64,000 nt of DNA. It comes from Balanoglossus misakiensis. Its lineage: Eukaryota; Animalia; Hemichordata. The notes beneath the pieces are model-generated. The model was given only the letters and a program-made list of their open reading frames with translations, searched no databases and had not been told where the DNA came from. The DNA is taken from positions 15,422,998-15,486,997 of the forward strand of contig CM082578.2 in assembly GCA_040954595.2 (NCBI GenBank), in the 5' to 3' direction. The number at the start of each line of letters is the position of its first letter. Within the stretch, counting starts at the first letter, position 1. This document shows positions 50,584 through 62,947 of the stretch, piece by piece. Both the position numbers and the translations under genes were made by a program.

Positions 50584-53124
50584 TTACAATGTCGTTTCTG
50601 GGATAACTTCATTGTTTAAATATGCTGCATTGATGTAAATGAAATCTATCTTGTCATCATCATTATTCATGGCATGCTCTGCCGCTGTCGTGATCGGCTT
50701 AGAATCATAACTGTCAACATTCTTGTGGAAGAGACAACGACATTTGAAGAGTTCCAAGAAGACACACATAGCGGCTAGGAGGAACGTCGCCCCACTCAGA
50801 AAGATGGGTCCATTGTAATTCCCATTGTCAAACAGCCATCCTAAAAAGAGAGAACACACACGAGGTAAGTAACTAGTAGTATGTCGAAAAAGCTGTTTGT
50901 GTTCACTGTTCAGTATATTTCCCTAAATCACAGATGTACACACACTATTAACCATTTAATCGATTTTAACACCTTTTATCCATGGTGCAACCAGATGTAT
51001 CAAAACCAACCAGGAATTCTGCAGTGTTGGTTCCTTTTTATCATTTATGACGTGGTTTTCAATGATGGTTTTCATGTCCTGCGATGACTCTACTCACCCG
51101 ACAAAGGCGGTCCAAGTAGTCCACCGATGCCAAAGGGAGGGAGTGATAAGCCAATCGCATCGGGCAACTTCTCTTCCCCGACATATTCTTTGCAGACGAC
51201 CACAATGACAGTCATGAAGACACCACTACAAAGTCCCAGTATGCCACAGTAAATTCCGTACGTCACCTGTGATGTCATCAGTACGCTGAATAGTGACGTC
51301 ACACCACAGACAGCCAACGACGCGTGATAAGCCTGGGATCCAGTCACCAGTTTCATTTGTAAGAACCACGCGTGCCCAAGTTGTCCGATGACGTTAAATA
51401 TCCCGACTATTGAAGCTAGGAATGCGGCATCACTCGGCGATATTCCATTGTCGGTTGCCTTAGCAACTAAGTATATTAAGGAGCTGTTGTAACCAATGCC
51501 GATTAGGAAAAAGCTGATTGAAAGTCCCCAAAATAGTGGTTTCGTGCGATATAAAGTCCAATCCAAAAATTTAAACCAACTTTTAGGTTTACTCTCAATA
51601 GATCTAGCATGCTCGAATTGTTCTCCGACATGTCCACTGTTTGTCGCTTCTAAGGTAAAACGCATCTTTCGGAGCGACTTCACGATGTCTTGATTGTCGT
51701 GTGGGAGGATGTTCCCAGTGAAAAGTCCACTTGCAGCCCTAACCATGGACGCCAAAGCTTCCGATTCCATCAAATTGCAGAATTTGCCCTCATACAGGTA
51801 CGGGATGGGTTGTTGCACGCTACGCAAGTCGTTGCCATGCCGTGAAAGTTTACTTGGTATTCCTATCAGGTCCATTTTTGATGACGATGCATTTCCGTTC
51901 GGATTGGTTTCTGTGACCGAAATCGATACCTGGTCACCATCTGTGAGCGCACGAACTTTTTCACCATTCAGGTTCGACACTTGCTTCCCATTTAGAACAG
52001 CCTTGAAACTATCAACGACGTTCGGACTTACAACGCACTGAGTAACGTCCGCTTCCGTCGCCATGTCCAGAATAGTCGGAAATCCCATATTCAATAGGGT
52101 TGGGGGTATGGACAGACCGTACGCGATGGAGAACACGTTACTTGGCTGGTGCCTTCTTCTGGGTATGGCGTCGACCGGTCTAAATATGGCGGCCGATACA
52201 AACAAATTAGCCGATATCCCGGATAGGATCATAAACGTGCTTTTCCAGCCGAAATGTTCGGTGAGAAAGTGAAGCAGTGGAGGGAACACAAAGAGACCAG
52301 CACTGGCTCCTGTGAAAGCCAGCGCATTAGCCAAGGCGAATCGTTCTGTGAAATATAAGCCCAGTATACTGATACTTGGTGTAAACGCCAAACCGAAGCC
52401 GATTCCTGGAAGAAATGGCGAAAAACGAATGAATGAGTGAATGAATGAATGAATGAATGAACGAGTGAATGAATGAATGAATAAAACAAAAGTTCGCAAT
52501 ATTGGCTTACCCGTCACGAGTCCATAGCTGATATACAGAAAGGACAAACTAGTCGCATATGAACTGAGAAACATTCCAAGGGTGGAGAGGAAAGCGCCAA
52601 ATGCAACCACCTGTCGGATTCCATGTTTGTTACTCAGGGCGCTGGCCACGGGACCTAAAATGATTTAATGGAGGAAATTATTACAACGATGCTATATAAT
52701 TTGGTGTGCTTTTCATAAAATCAGTCATCTTTGCTCTTCAAATATATTTCGTTGCGACTTTTTCTAGTGGTGTCTTGTTTATTGACACAGTATTAAAATT
52801 ATAACTCTACAGTCTATGGTCTCTGTCGTATCTCTGTCTCTCTCCAGACTAAATTCCCGTCGACAACACTTCACTGGGCCACTTACCACAAAAACTAACC
52901 ATAGATATAGCAAGCGATATCACCCACGACGTGTCTGCCACACTTTCATCGAAAACCTCCGCAAGAACAGATAGGACTGCTCCCATTGTCGGTGGCAATC
53001 CAGCACAAAGCATGATGGCTACGTTGCTCCCGATCACAACTATCCACTTCCAAATTCGGTTCTCCGATTTCGACCCACCAGTCGGATTATTACTGACGGT
53101 TGTCATAGAAATAATGTTCTCCAT
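50584..53124 (-). CDS. Monocarboxylate transporter family (SLC16, MFS), 4 coding exons
   Basis: TM1 WKWIVVIGS...DTSWVIS, GPVASALSNKHGIRQV, LYISYGLVTGIGFGLAFTPSISILGLYFTERFALANALAFTG, FGWKSTFMILSG, a long central loop, and GLLGPPLSGWLFD. Exons about 52886-53124, 52511-52654, 51098-52405 and 50584-50840. Confidence 0.92.
52427..52482. repeat. Imperfect (GAAT)n microsatellite inside the 105-nt intron of the SLC16 gene
   Basis: Seen directly. It translates as FIHS repeats in the ORF track. Confidence 0.9.
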
Positions 53125-54098
53125 TCTACGTTGTATGGAATAGTGGTGGTAGCACTGTTTGGCCTTTTGACGGGGTATTTTTCCACCGATATGAAATTGA
53201 TGAAGATAGCTCAGTTTATAACAGCGGCTGTAGATATCAGGACAGTAGTCAGAATAACTGACAGGGCAGACCTTTACCGTGATATGCTCGGCAGTGAATC
53301 TAGGGTTGAACATCGGCGCCAAGTCCTTTTTATTTTTTTATTTTTTTATTGAATGTAACTCGGCTAAGACAAACAGCGTGTATCCGTTGATGTCAATATG
53401 TTGCACGGGAGTGGGTCTACATAACGCTGTGATCTCAATATGTAAGAATACATTTATAAAGAAAAGGATGACAGGGGGTCGTCCGTAACAGCTGAAAACG
53501 TGCGTTCCAGCGGACGGGGAGTGTCGTATTGTTGTCCGGACTCAATGACAGGTCACACCACTGCATGTATGTGCATACACCAAAGGAATAGGGCGATTGG
53601 CAAGTACGCGATGACGTTTAAAATAATGCGTATGGTTCTTTTCAATATGTGACTGTGCCGTGGCAAGGGTTGCATATTCCTGGGGCGGCATTCATTTTGA
53701 TACAAAACAACGGATTTTCTGACACTGCACGCAGGAAATGTCTCCTCGTTTGAATCATACATTTAAAATAAAATAAAATGAGGATATTTACAAGGTCGCT
53801 GTGTGTGTCTTAACAATTGACAACGTCACTTTACTGGGGACTGACGCGTCCTGCCTGTCTTGTCACGTGAGACGCACAGTGATCAGCGAAACCACAAAAA
53901 CTCATTCCAAACGTTCATTATAATGACGTCACAAATATCACGTTATTGCGTAAACGTTCCATGCCAAAGTTCCGCCACCACCAACACGATATACAATGTA
54001 GTCGAATGACCGAGAGTCGGGCCCGATAGTTATTTTCCTTCGACTACCAATTTCGTCATTCTATTTTTTAATAATCACTGTATCGTTTCGTGATCAGT

Positions 54099-54666
54099 AT
54101 GATTGTCACAATATTTCTGGTTCAAGTTTTGGTTACTCATATTTTACCCCGATTAGTTTTTAAATCTTCGTTCGGGTAAGTTCAGAAAACACCTTAATAC
54201 ACTTAGGCCTAACTGTCGCGTTTTCTCCTAGATGTAGGCCTAATAGTTAAACGTTTTAATAATAATAAAGAGGCTAGTTCCCATCATTTACGAGGACTAT
54301 TAGACCTATTTCCATCACTTTTCTATGAATCTGATCACTTTTGTCATTTTCAGTGCCCCGACGAAGAAAAAGAGAAACCTCCATGACGAGATAATGGAAA
54401 TGAAGAAATGCAAAAGTATGGAAGAAGTCATCATGATCCTCAGCGAGAGAAGCAAGAAAGAACTCTCCTCTCTGTTGTTAGAACAAGATGACGTCATTGA
54501 TAACTTGCAACAGCAGCTTGTACGTGAATTCAAGAAGAAAAGAAAACTGATGCGTGAAATTATACAGCTGAAAGCAAGACACTTTTACGAATATATTCCG
54601 AAAGAGTTAGAGCAGACACAAACATATGAACGTCGACGGGAGGGAGAGGTGGCAGTTTATTATTAG
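54099..54666 (+). CDS. Small uncharacterised basic/coiled-coil protein, putative 2 exons (54099-54175, 54354-54666)
   Basis: Donor cgg|gtaagt and acceptor ttttcag| join in phase: MIVTIFLVQVLVTHILPRLVFKSSFG-APTKKKRNLHDEIMEMKKCKSMEEVIMILSERSKKELSSLLLEQDDVIDNLQQQLVREFKKKRKLMREIIQLK...YY*. AATAAA lies just after the stop (54671). An alternative start is ATG 54394. Confidence 0.5.
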
Positions 54667-54921
54667 GTGAAATAAAGAACCATGGCAACTGGGTTTTGCG
54701 CATTATATTCGTATATCCATGTTGTACGTGTATCATCATATATTCATCTGGATATATTGAACCTTTCATTACATTTTTTTATATAAACACCTAACATTTA
54801 AAGAACTCTTCTGTCAAAGAAGTTGACTTCCTGAACAATAAAAGATCACTGTATATATATATATAGAAACAACATATGATTTTTTTTTGGTCTGAACACA
54901 ACAGAATAGACTTGTTGCTGT

Positions 54922-57900
54922 CTAGCAAAGTAAGCAAGGTTTATGCAGACACCTGCAGTGTTGCAACGTCACTGGTGTTTGTACATCTTCACAGATCTTT
55001 TGATATTTTGGATACTGATACCGGACCTTTTCAGAGAGAAGTTTGACAATTTCCTCCGTGCTTCTACACTTCTTGAAACTAATATCTGAAAACAGAAATG
55101 TCAATGTTACATTTAGTATGACTTATGAGAGAAATAAAACAGAAATAGAACAAAAAAGCCAGAAAAGAGTGCAGTACAATCGTAACCAACATGTCTACCA
55201 GTCTCCTGGTATCTGTTCAGATTCCCCAAATGTTTATTTGTAATATAAATGAAAGGAGTGATATGTGATACTCACACGTTCGTTTTCCATGCGGTTGACT
55301 GGAGTGGAACTTGAACAGTTCCAAAAGTCATCCTCGTCTTTTGTAGTTGAGCTCCTCAATTCCTCTTCAGGGCTCTTCATAAACACTAAACACATATCAT
55401 GTAAATGAAAGAAGAGACATATCAAAATATGACTTGCATATTTGATGTAGCCAACGCTTGCATACAAAATCCATACACATAATTCCTGATCAGCAGAGAG
55501 TGATACACAGTTGATGGACACACAAGACAATTTCTGGTTGAAAGGTGAATTTTACTGGACATTAAGCATTGTCTTCATTTGTATGAGTGAACAGTTTCTT
55601 GGCAAGTACTCACCTGGGGAATCTGGAATCACCAAGGAAAACGTTTCTTGGGAGCTATCCTCAGAATCTGAATCTGAATAGTGGTTTGAGATTTTCAGAA
55701 CATTTGGGCCTGAAGTGAAAGTAAAGGTATAACAGAGAGAAAATGTTGTTTATGTTAGTCTGTTTACTGATCCACATTTCATTATTTGTTTATAAGCTAA
55801 ACCTCTCTGAAATTGATGAAGTTATGCTATGTGTGAAAACACAGACATTGCTTGCAGCTCTAACTATTGTAAGTCCACTCAAGTTCTGGGTCTTGCTAAC
55901 AAATCTTTTTATTTGTGCTGAATTTAGAAGCAAAGTATTGATCTGCATGTAAATTATCACAGAGACAGCAGAGCTACTATCCTTCCATGTACATGTACCA
56001 AACTACATGTCGCCCTCTATTGTACTTAAATGAGCTACTTTTGTTTCCATACATGAACAAACGATGTGTTATGTTGGCATGACTGTAATAAAAATGATTA
56101 TACCTCTGGTAGCAATCTGACTGACTCTATTGTCTTTCCCTGATGAAGTGGATCCAGATCTCTGATTTTGGCTAGGAACAATGCTTGGTGTTCTTCTTTC
56201 ACGCTTGACAGATCTTCTAATCACTGGTTGAATTTCATCTTCCCTTTCAACAGTAGGCACATTTTCATCTCTGCTCTGCAGGCTTTCACCAAAACTCTGG
56301 TTTCTTCCTATTTCTCTAGTTTTGAGATCCTGAAAACTCAAAAACTGACTGGGTATAGTTGAAAGTGATCTACTTCTCTCCATGGTTTTCCCTGATCTGG
56401 TAACTTTGCTTCTCTTCTTGATGCTGACATTGTCTACTGATGAATTTGTGTTCAGAAAATCAATATTAGACACACCTGCCTTTACAGGAGGATAATGTTG
56501 CTGGTATGATGCTGCTGTTCTTTCTTCATCTTTCTCGCTTACTTCTGATATTTGTTGCCCTCTGACATTCTTATCATTGAGTCTCTGAGATTTTCTGGTG
56601 GCATGCTCCTTTGGTTGGCTCCCACTGATTCTTCTTTTTCTACTGGTTCTTCTGTACTCATCTAAGTTATTCACCTCTTTGTTCTGTCCACCATTATTTG
56701 TGGACACAGCCGTTTGTTGAACCCGTGGCATAACAGTTGCAACTGGGGATTGCTTTGCCTTGGCTCTGGCAGCACAAGCCCACTTACTGTTTTCCATTGT
56801 GGGTGACGTCAGTGATATTGGCAAGGTTTGGTATACAGCAGCAACAGGCTGGTGTCTTGGCTGTTCAGTTGACACACTCTGCATTTTGAGGTGGGGTTGC
56901 TGGTATCCAGGCTCTCTAATGTCATTCCCTTTGAAATGCATTTGTTGAACCAATCCCACTGGATTTGTTTCCACATTCACATCAGTTTTATGTGGAACTG
57001 CAGTTGCTATTGTCTTGGGATATCTGTCAGTTTCATAAGCATGTTCTACATTGTGTGTTGCTATGCCACTTCCTTGTTGATACTGTTGACATTGATAGCC
57101 AATATTATTTTGTTCATATAAATGAATTTTATCCGAATAGGTAACTGGCTGAGCTGTTTGATGAGGAAAACCACATCTCACGTTGTCAACAAGTCTTGGG
57201 AAGGTGACATTCATCCTTGCATGACTGCTGTCAGAAGTATGTGCATAATTGTTGTTGATAGCTGATACCAATGTATTGCTTGTTGTTGTGCATGGAGGAA
57301 TAGCAACAGGTGGTATGGAGTTGCAAGCAATGTTGTGTGCTTTCTCATGGTTTTCTTTGTGTGATAATGCATAGAATTTGTCTTGCTGTTGATGAAACTT
57401 CTCCAGTTGTTCTCTATTCAACTTCTGTTGTTCACTGTAGGCAGCTTTCAAGGAATCAACAATATCCCTCTGCTGCTGTTTCTGGACTTCTACTAGTTGA
57501 GACTGGAGTAAATCTATTTGGGAATCTTTCTACAAAGGTAACACAACAAAAGTTGAAACTTGGAAAAAGTCCACAAGGAACAGGAACAGTACATTGAACA
57601 GAATGGATGTTATATTTTTTTTAGTAATCTCATACTTACCATCGCAATTATCTTTTCCATCTCTGCCATTTTCTCTTTGTCTTCATCTTTTGCTTTCAGT
57701 GTTTCAAGCAAGGTTTGGTAGTGGGATGTCAGGTCTTCATTGACTAAATACACATCAAAAGCATCAATGCCCAATAATCATTTAATCATGGTGGAATGAA
57801 ATCTGTCATGGCACAACAAACCAACTGACAAGCAATCATCACTTGGGTAGTCCTTGTGTCAAGTTCAAATGAAACATGTCAGGCATGTTTGAGGAATATG

Positions 57901-58921
57901 ATATAAAAAACACCAAATATATTGAAATTGTAACAGTCTCATTTTGATTAGTAGAGCAAGAAAACATCAGAGAAAATCCACACTGGCTTAGACATTTTTT
58001 CTCTAATGATACCTTTGTTCATCAACTGTGCAGACTGCTCTGTTCCCTGTGTTATGCCTTTGTTCACAGTTTCCTTGATGGCCTCGACTGCTGACTTCAC
58101 TTCTTCAATGCAAGTCCTCACTCCAGCAAATATTTTATTTATCAAATCTCTGTTATAAATGAGAAGGAACAACTTATTCAGGCTTCTGAATGAAATGTAC
58201 CTTCCAAAACATACAAAGCCTAATTTATCAGAAAATATAGTTACCTTTCATCTCTTTCTTTGGCTTTATTTTTATTCAGTTCCAACTGCTCAACATACCC
58301 TAAGCTTCTCACACTTGGTTTTATGGAAGCTGCCTTCTCAAAATGGGTATTATCTTTGCCAAACAAAGGAGGCATTGATAAGTACTTGAGGTGATATTTT
58401 GATTGGTCACTGGAAGACTAGGTTAGAGAGAGAGAAGGAGAGAGAGCGGTAATAATCTAATTACAATTTACATATATCATCAAACTTGGACTGAAATAGA
58501 ATTATATATACATAACTTTCACAAATGATTTATCATACTAATTTCTCTACCTCATTCCTTTGATGAATTCCTGAAGGCTGCTGAGACAGCCTCTGGGAGA
58601 AGAGTTCATATGAACTGGCCTGGGAATTCTCCAGTTGTGAGTTATTTCCCTGACTGAAAGCTTGACTTGACTGGAAAGCAGAGTCTTCCCAATCATTTGC
58701 AAACCTTGTATTCTTCAGGAACTCCCTGTGTGCAAAAAATAATGTACAAGTGTGTTTCAAAGTGATAATTTTATGAAAGTGCTGAGAAGAGTAAAATGGG
58801 CTCAACATAATATATTGGGTCACAGCCAGACTAGGTTAGGTCTGGGTATAGAATTTTAACATCTATATTACCCTGGATTTGTGGTGTAAATATCCCGAGT
58901 GTTCACTTGATTAACCAGCAT
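54922..58921 (-). CDS. IHO1: IHO1/CCDC36 (Mer2-family meiotic DSB protein)-like, multi-exon; 3' end uncertain
   Basis: The spliced N-terminus MLVNQVNTRDIYTTNPG...SQ-rich...KYHLKYLSMPPLFGKD...LGYVEQLELNKNKAKERDERDLINKIFAGVRTCIEEV resembles recalled vertebrate IHO1 (KYQTKPQLFG...GLLEQFEEKKKRAKDK). Coiled-coil exons and a long disordered exon (about 56104-57508) follow. A non-coding first exon probably ends near 59430. Confidence 0.7.
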
Positions 58922-59539
58922 TCTCAATGCTCTTTCTCTGTGAGATTCCGCTAGAAAAAAAATAGAACGACATATTTTTATAGGATGTTTGAACTCGGAA
59001 ACTGTAGCACTGCCATTGCTAATATGTGCCTGTCAAGGTGGAGTCCCCTGTACAAAATAGTCGGCAGCCGATGGAGTGGCGTGCAGCTACGGAGATATTC
59101 AGACATGTTGTTTTTATAAGTTACGGTTTACACGTCTACGGTCTAACCAATATGTAACAAAAAATGAGCATGGAAGGCCTTGCATACTTTAATTCATATT
59201 GTCATAAAATTGGGAACAACTGGAAAATAACATTTTCTCTTGTTTCTCGGTGTTTCGTCGTTTTTATGGATTCATATGAACAAAAGTTGTAGTGGCTATG
59301 ATGTATGACATGGTATGGTCAAGCAGACGACAATTTGTGTCGATTGCACATTTCCAGTAACCTGCTTTGAAATGATGCGCAAATTGTCTCATAACATCAA
59401 ATATGGAGTTAAATGGACTTCATTCTTACCAATGGTACCCGGTAGCAAAACAGTTTCCTTAATGTGTTAATTCAGGAGAATTTACAGTGCAATATCTCAG
59501 AGCTCCTCTCGTGACATCTGACTGACTGCCTGCCAAGCG

Positions 59540-59610
59540 CGTGCGGGCTCGGGCGCGATATGACGTCACTCAACCCTCTTTCGTTCGTGACATGTCATGT
59601 GACATGTGAA
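59540..59610. promoter_or_regulatory. Putative IHO1 promoter core: GC-rich element, full CRE (TGACGTCA, 59561-59568) and E-box-like palindromes
   Basis: gcgcgtgcgggctcgggcgcgatatgacgtca...gtgacatgtcatgtgacatgtga, just upstream of the putative 5' UTR exon and divergent from the HDNR gene. Confidence 0.45.
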
Positions 59611-60394
59611 GAAGTATATTTCTGCCACATTCAAAAATGTCCCTGGTTTGATTCAAAATATTTACGCGGAAGTCAATTCTTTTTTGAGTCGTGGATAATA
59701 AACATGAGCACCAACCTCCCTCCCTCTCTAAACGAAAGTTTGGAAGTGCGAAAATGTGACAAGGAATCCGAATGCTTTGAACTTTGGCATACTAACATCC
59801 CAACCAAAGCTTCAGATTTAACTTTAATGTTGTGACTACAAAACCTTTTGGGAAACTTCCTGAATAACAGTCAGCAGCTGCCAATTTATGATTTCCTCAC
59901 TGAATGCGAAATCTTGCAAACTTCCATACACTACATGTATGCTGTTCACGAGTTTTATTTTTCGGAAAGTTGCAAGTCATTCAAGTGCCAGAGTTCACTC
60001 ACAATACAGAAGTGTTTTAGCCACAAATGTCTTAAACGGGTCATGATGAGTGTTGCTTGGTAAATTATGTTTACATCTTTTTGCGTTGAGGCCGAAAATG
60101 AGCTTGTGTGATTTGGATTGCTGGAAATGCTGGCAAGTTACGTGGACATGCGCACTGAAACATAGCGAATGCCCGCCCACGCGCAACTTGATCGACGTTC
60201 TGGAAGGAACACAGACGCGTGATTGGCCAGAACTGGACGGAGCTAATTATGTATTTTGTTTTCTGGTTACGGCGTTGTGTTTATTTCCGCTATCTGATTA
60301 CCATGCACGTTGGAAACCACTGAGCTTCGATCCAGGTGATCAAGGTGAACAGCTGAAAACAAGATTTAATTTGTGCTTTCTCTGCCAGATAACG

Positions 60395-62881
60395 ATGGCT
60401 GCGAGAACGCAAGGGAGCTGGGTAGGTAACAGTAACGTTTTCCCCCCATAGCAACGCGTCACAAACTGACGAATATGGCTTCGATCTCCAACAGACGAGG
60501 TGTATATTGCGGTGTATATTACTAAGGCTGATCTTTCTCTCTCGTTCCTTTCACAGTATCCTTCGGGCTTCCACGGTCACTTTCGCAGCAAGATCAGAAA
60601 CGACTTCGTGAATGATTACAGGCAGCAGGCAAAACCGTCGCCGCCGCTGAAATTCGTCAAACGATTATCGGTAAGTTCATGTTTCTTGGAACAAGTGGGT
60701 AACGGTGATCTTGGCCGGGCATTTTTGCGCTTGGATTGCCGTGATATCGCTGAATCAAATGAGACGGCGGCAGCCATAGACACCCAACATGGCGTGACGC
60801 GTCTCTGGTTGTCCGGGAGCTATAAGGGTCATGCTTTGTTATTGATAACCGTCAAATTGAATAGTTGTCGTGTGCGGGGTTGGTCGGTGGGCCAAAGCAA
60901 CGTCGACTGACAGAAACACTCCGATGTAAGCAGACTTTAATCCCTTCATGATAACCTCGTTAAAAAGGTGAAATGCCATGCGAAATTGACCCACAAAAAG
61001 TAAATATAATCAAATTTAATATAAGCGACCCATTACTTGGGCAAGTTGTCAGTGTTACTAGAGATATGTCATTGTAAAACATGATGGGCTGTCAGAAATG
61101 ACATAATGAAAAGAGAAATTCTACATTTACATTGTAATATACATGTAATTACATCAAGTTTTTTTGTTTTATATTAAATAATTTATTATAACTTTCATGT
61201 TTGACATGAAAGTTATAATAAAATGTACTAGTAAACATGAATTTGATCTGATTTATTGCACAAACATTGAATCAATCAACATTGATACTGTCATAGATGA
61301 CTTAGCATTGTCTAGGGAACAGTCTTTTTTTCATTAGTACAAAATACAATTTCAACCTTGCTTGGAGCAGAAGGAATCTACTGAAATAAAACATAGATCT
61401 ATTGTGTATATCCCTCTTCAAAGTGACAAGCCACTTCTAGAGGTATTTTGTGAACTTTAGACTCAGATACACTTATCTACTTTCTGACCAAGTCCTGTAA
61501 AGTCTTTAGGACGGTGATTTGATTTAATACCATCGACATTTCTCTTTTCATTTTCAACATCATGAGTAATTTTATTATGAATGATCTTGAAAAGATTCAA
61601 ACGAGAGAATCTGAATTTTTACAAGAATAATTGACAACCTCAAGATTGTTGTGGGTGAATTATATTAAGATGAACACAACTTGTTAAGTTATTGTAAGAA
61701 ATACTCTGCAGCAATTCAATCCATTACCTGGTTTTACAAATATATAGCAAAGTATGCTCAAGCAGTCAATGTTTAATGTAACTGCTCTATATGTTCCTTT
61801 GTCCCAAATTTGTCATACGGCAGTAATCATTGTCAGTGCTCAGACCACACCATGTCGCATGATGTAACAAGTATGATCAGTAAATATAACTGATTATATT
61901 ATACCAGTATATTGATGGTGTAAATCACGCTATTTGATTGGTCGAGACACGACACGTGACCGTGATATATTAGCCATATACCACAGTCATATATCATAGT
62001 TAAAGAAAATGCCTTTTTAAAATGTTTTATGCAAAGTTTCAATATACTGGCATAATATAATAGCAATAAAACACCCCCAGCCATGGTATACCACTCGATT
62101 TTGACCAGTTCAACTCCATATACGCACTCGCTATCGCTCGTGCGTATATGTCGAGAACTGGTCAAAATCTCGTGATATACCATGGCTGGGGGTGATTTAT
62201 TGCTTAAATATAATATACAAACACTTGATAAGACAGTTTATAGAAAATCAAGGCGTAAAGGGTTAATCTTTTACATGTGTGGGCCATTGACACCCAGACG
62301 TAAAAATTGAAGAGGTATTACCTTATCAAAACACAGACTGTAGAAATTTCCTGGGTCCATAGTTCAGGCAATTCATGTTTTTATATATTAGACATTAGAG
62401 TAAGTGTACAATGTCTTGAACATGGTTTTAACAACATTTTGTCTCTTTGTTAGTGTGCTGACATTATCTACGAAAAAGAATAATTTTAATTTCTGATATA
62501 TGAAGTCTCGTATGGTTGAAAGAACCACATGTTGAAGACATATCATTCAACTTGAATGCAATGCAATCAACAGGTGGTTCTCTGAATTATCAAACGTACA
62601 ATTTCACTCCCTTGGGTTGGATATGCAAGTAACTCTATGATTGTAACCCGCATCCTTCTTCCATGATAATCATAGGGTTTAGAATTTCCTCAAATTGTTT
62701 AACAATGTGGTCTTTATAGATATTTGCTTCTAACTATTGACTGTAACTATTCACTCACACTGAAATAATGTAAATATTGTCTTCTTTATTTTTCCCTTGA
62801 CAGGAGAAGCCAACATGTCACCATTTCTCACACCACGACAACAGATTCTCATTCCTCAATACTGTCACCTCCTTCCAAGAT
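60395..62881 (+). CDS. HDNR-motif protein (TEX36-like), 5' part only; the gene probably continues past the window
   Basis: Exons 60395-60421, 60557-60670 and 62804-62881 join in phase 0: MAARTQGSW-YPSGFHGHFRSKIRNDFVNDYRQQAKPSPPLKFVKRLS-EKPTCHHFSHHDNRFSFLNTVTSFQD. FSxHDNRxSF matches the HDNR family motif. Confidence 0.65.
61898..62210. mobile_element. Non-autonomous double-hairpin repetitive element in an intron of the HDNR gene
   Basis: IR1: attataccagtatattga (61898-61915) with tcaatatactggcataat (62039-62056). IR2: a long imperfect hairpin at 62062-62204 (agcaataaaacacccccagccatggtata...tataccatggctgggggtgatttattgct). Confidence 0.7.
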
Positions 62882-62903
62882 GTAAGTACAATTGTTATGC
62901 ATG

Positions 62904-62947
62904 GTTACCGTAGCAACCAATTTATTTTCTTCCCCTTGGTTGTTTAC
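62904..62947. promoter_or_regulatory. Intronic RFX X-box plus forkhead site
   Basis: GTTACCGTAGCAAC (62904-62917) and TGTTTAC (62941-62947), just after exon 3 of the HDNR gene. Confidence 0.5.

Noticed and set aside
60475-60499. Alternative first exon ATGGCTTCG...CGAG|gt for the HDNR gene
   Set aside because: It ends in phase 1 and would put the next exon out of frame. Exon 60395-60421 joins in phase 0.
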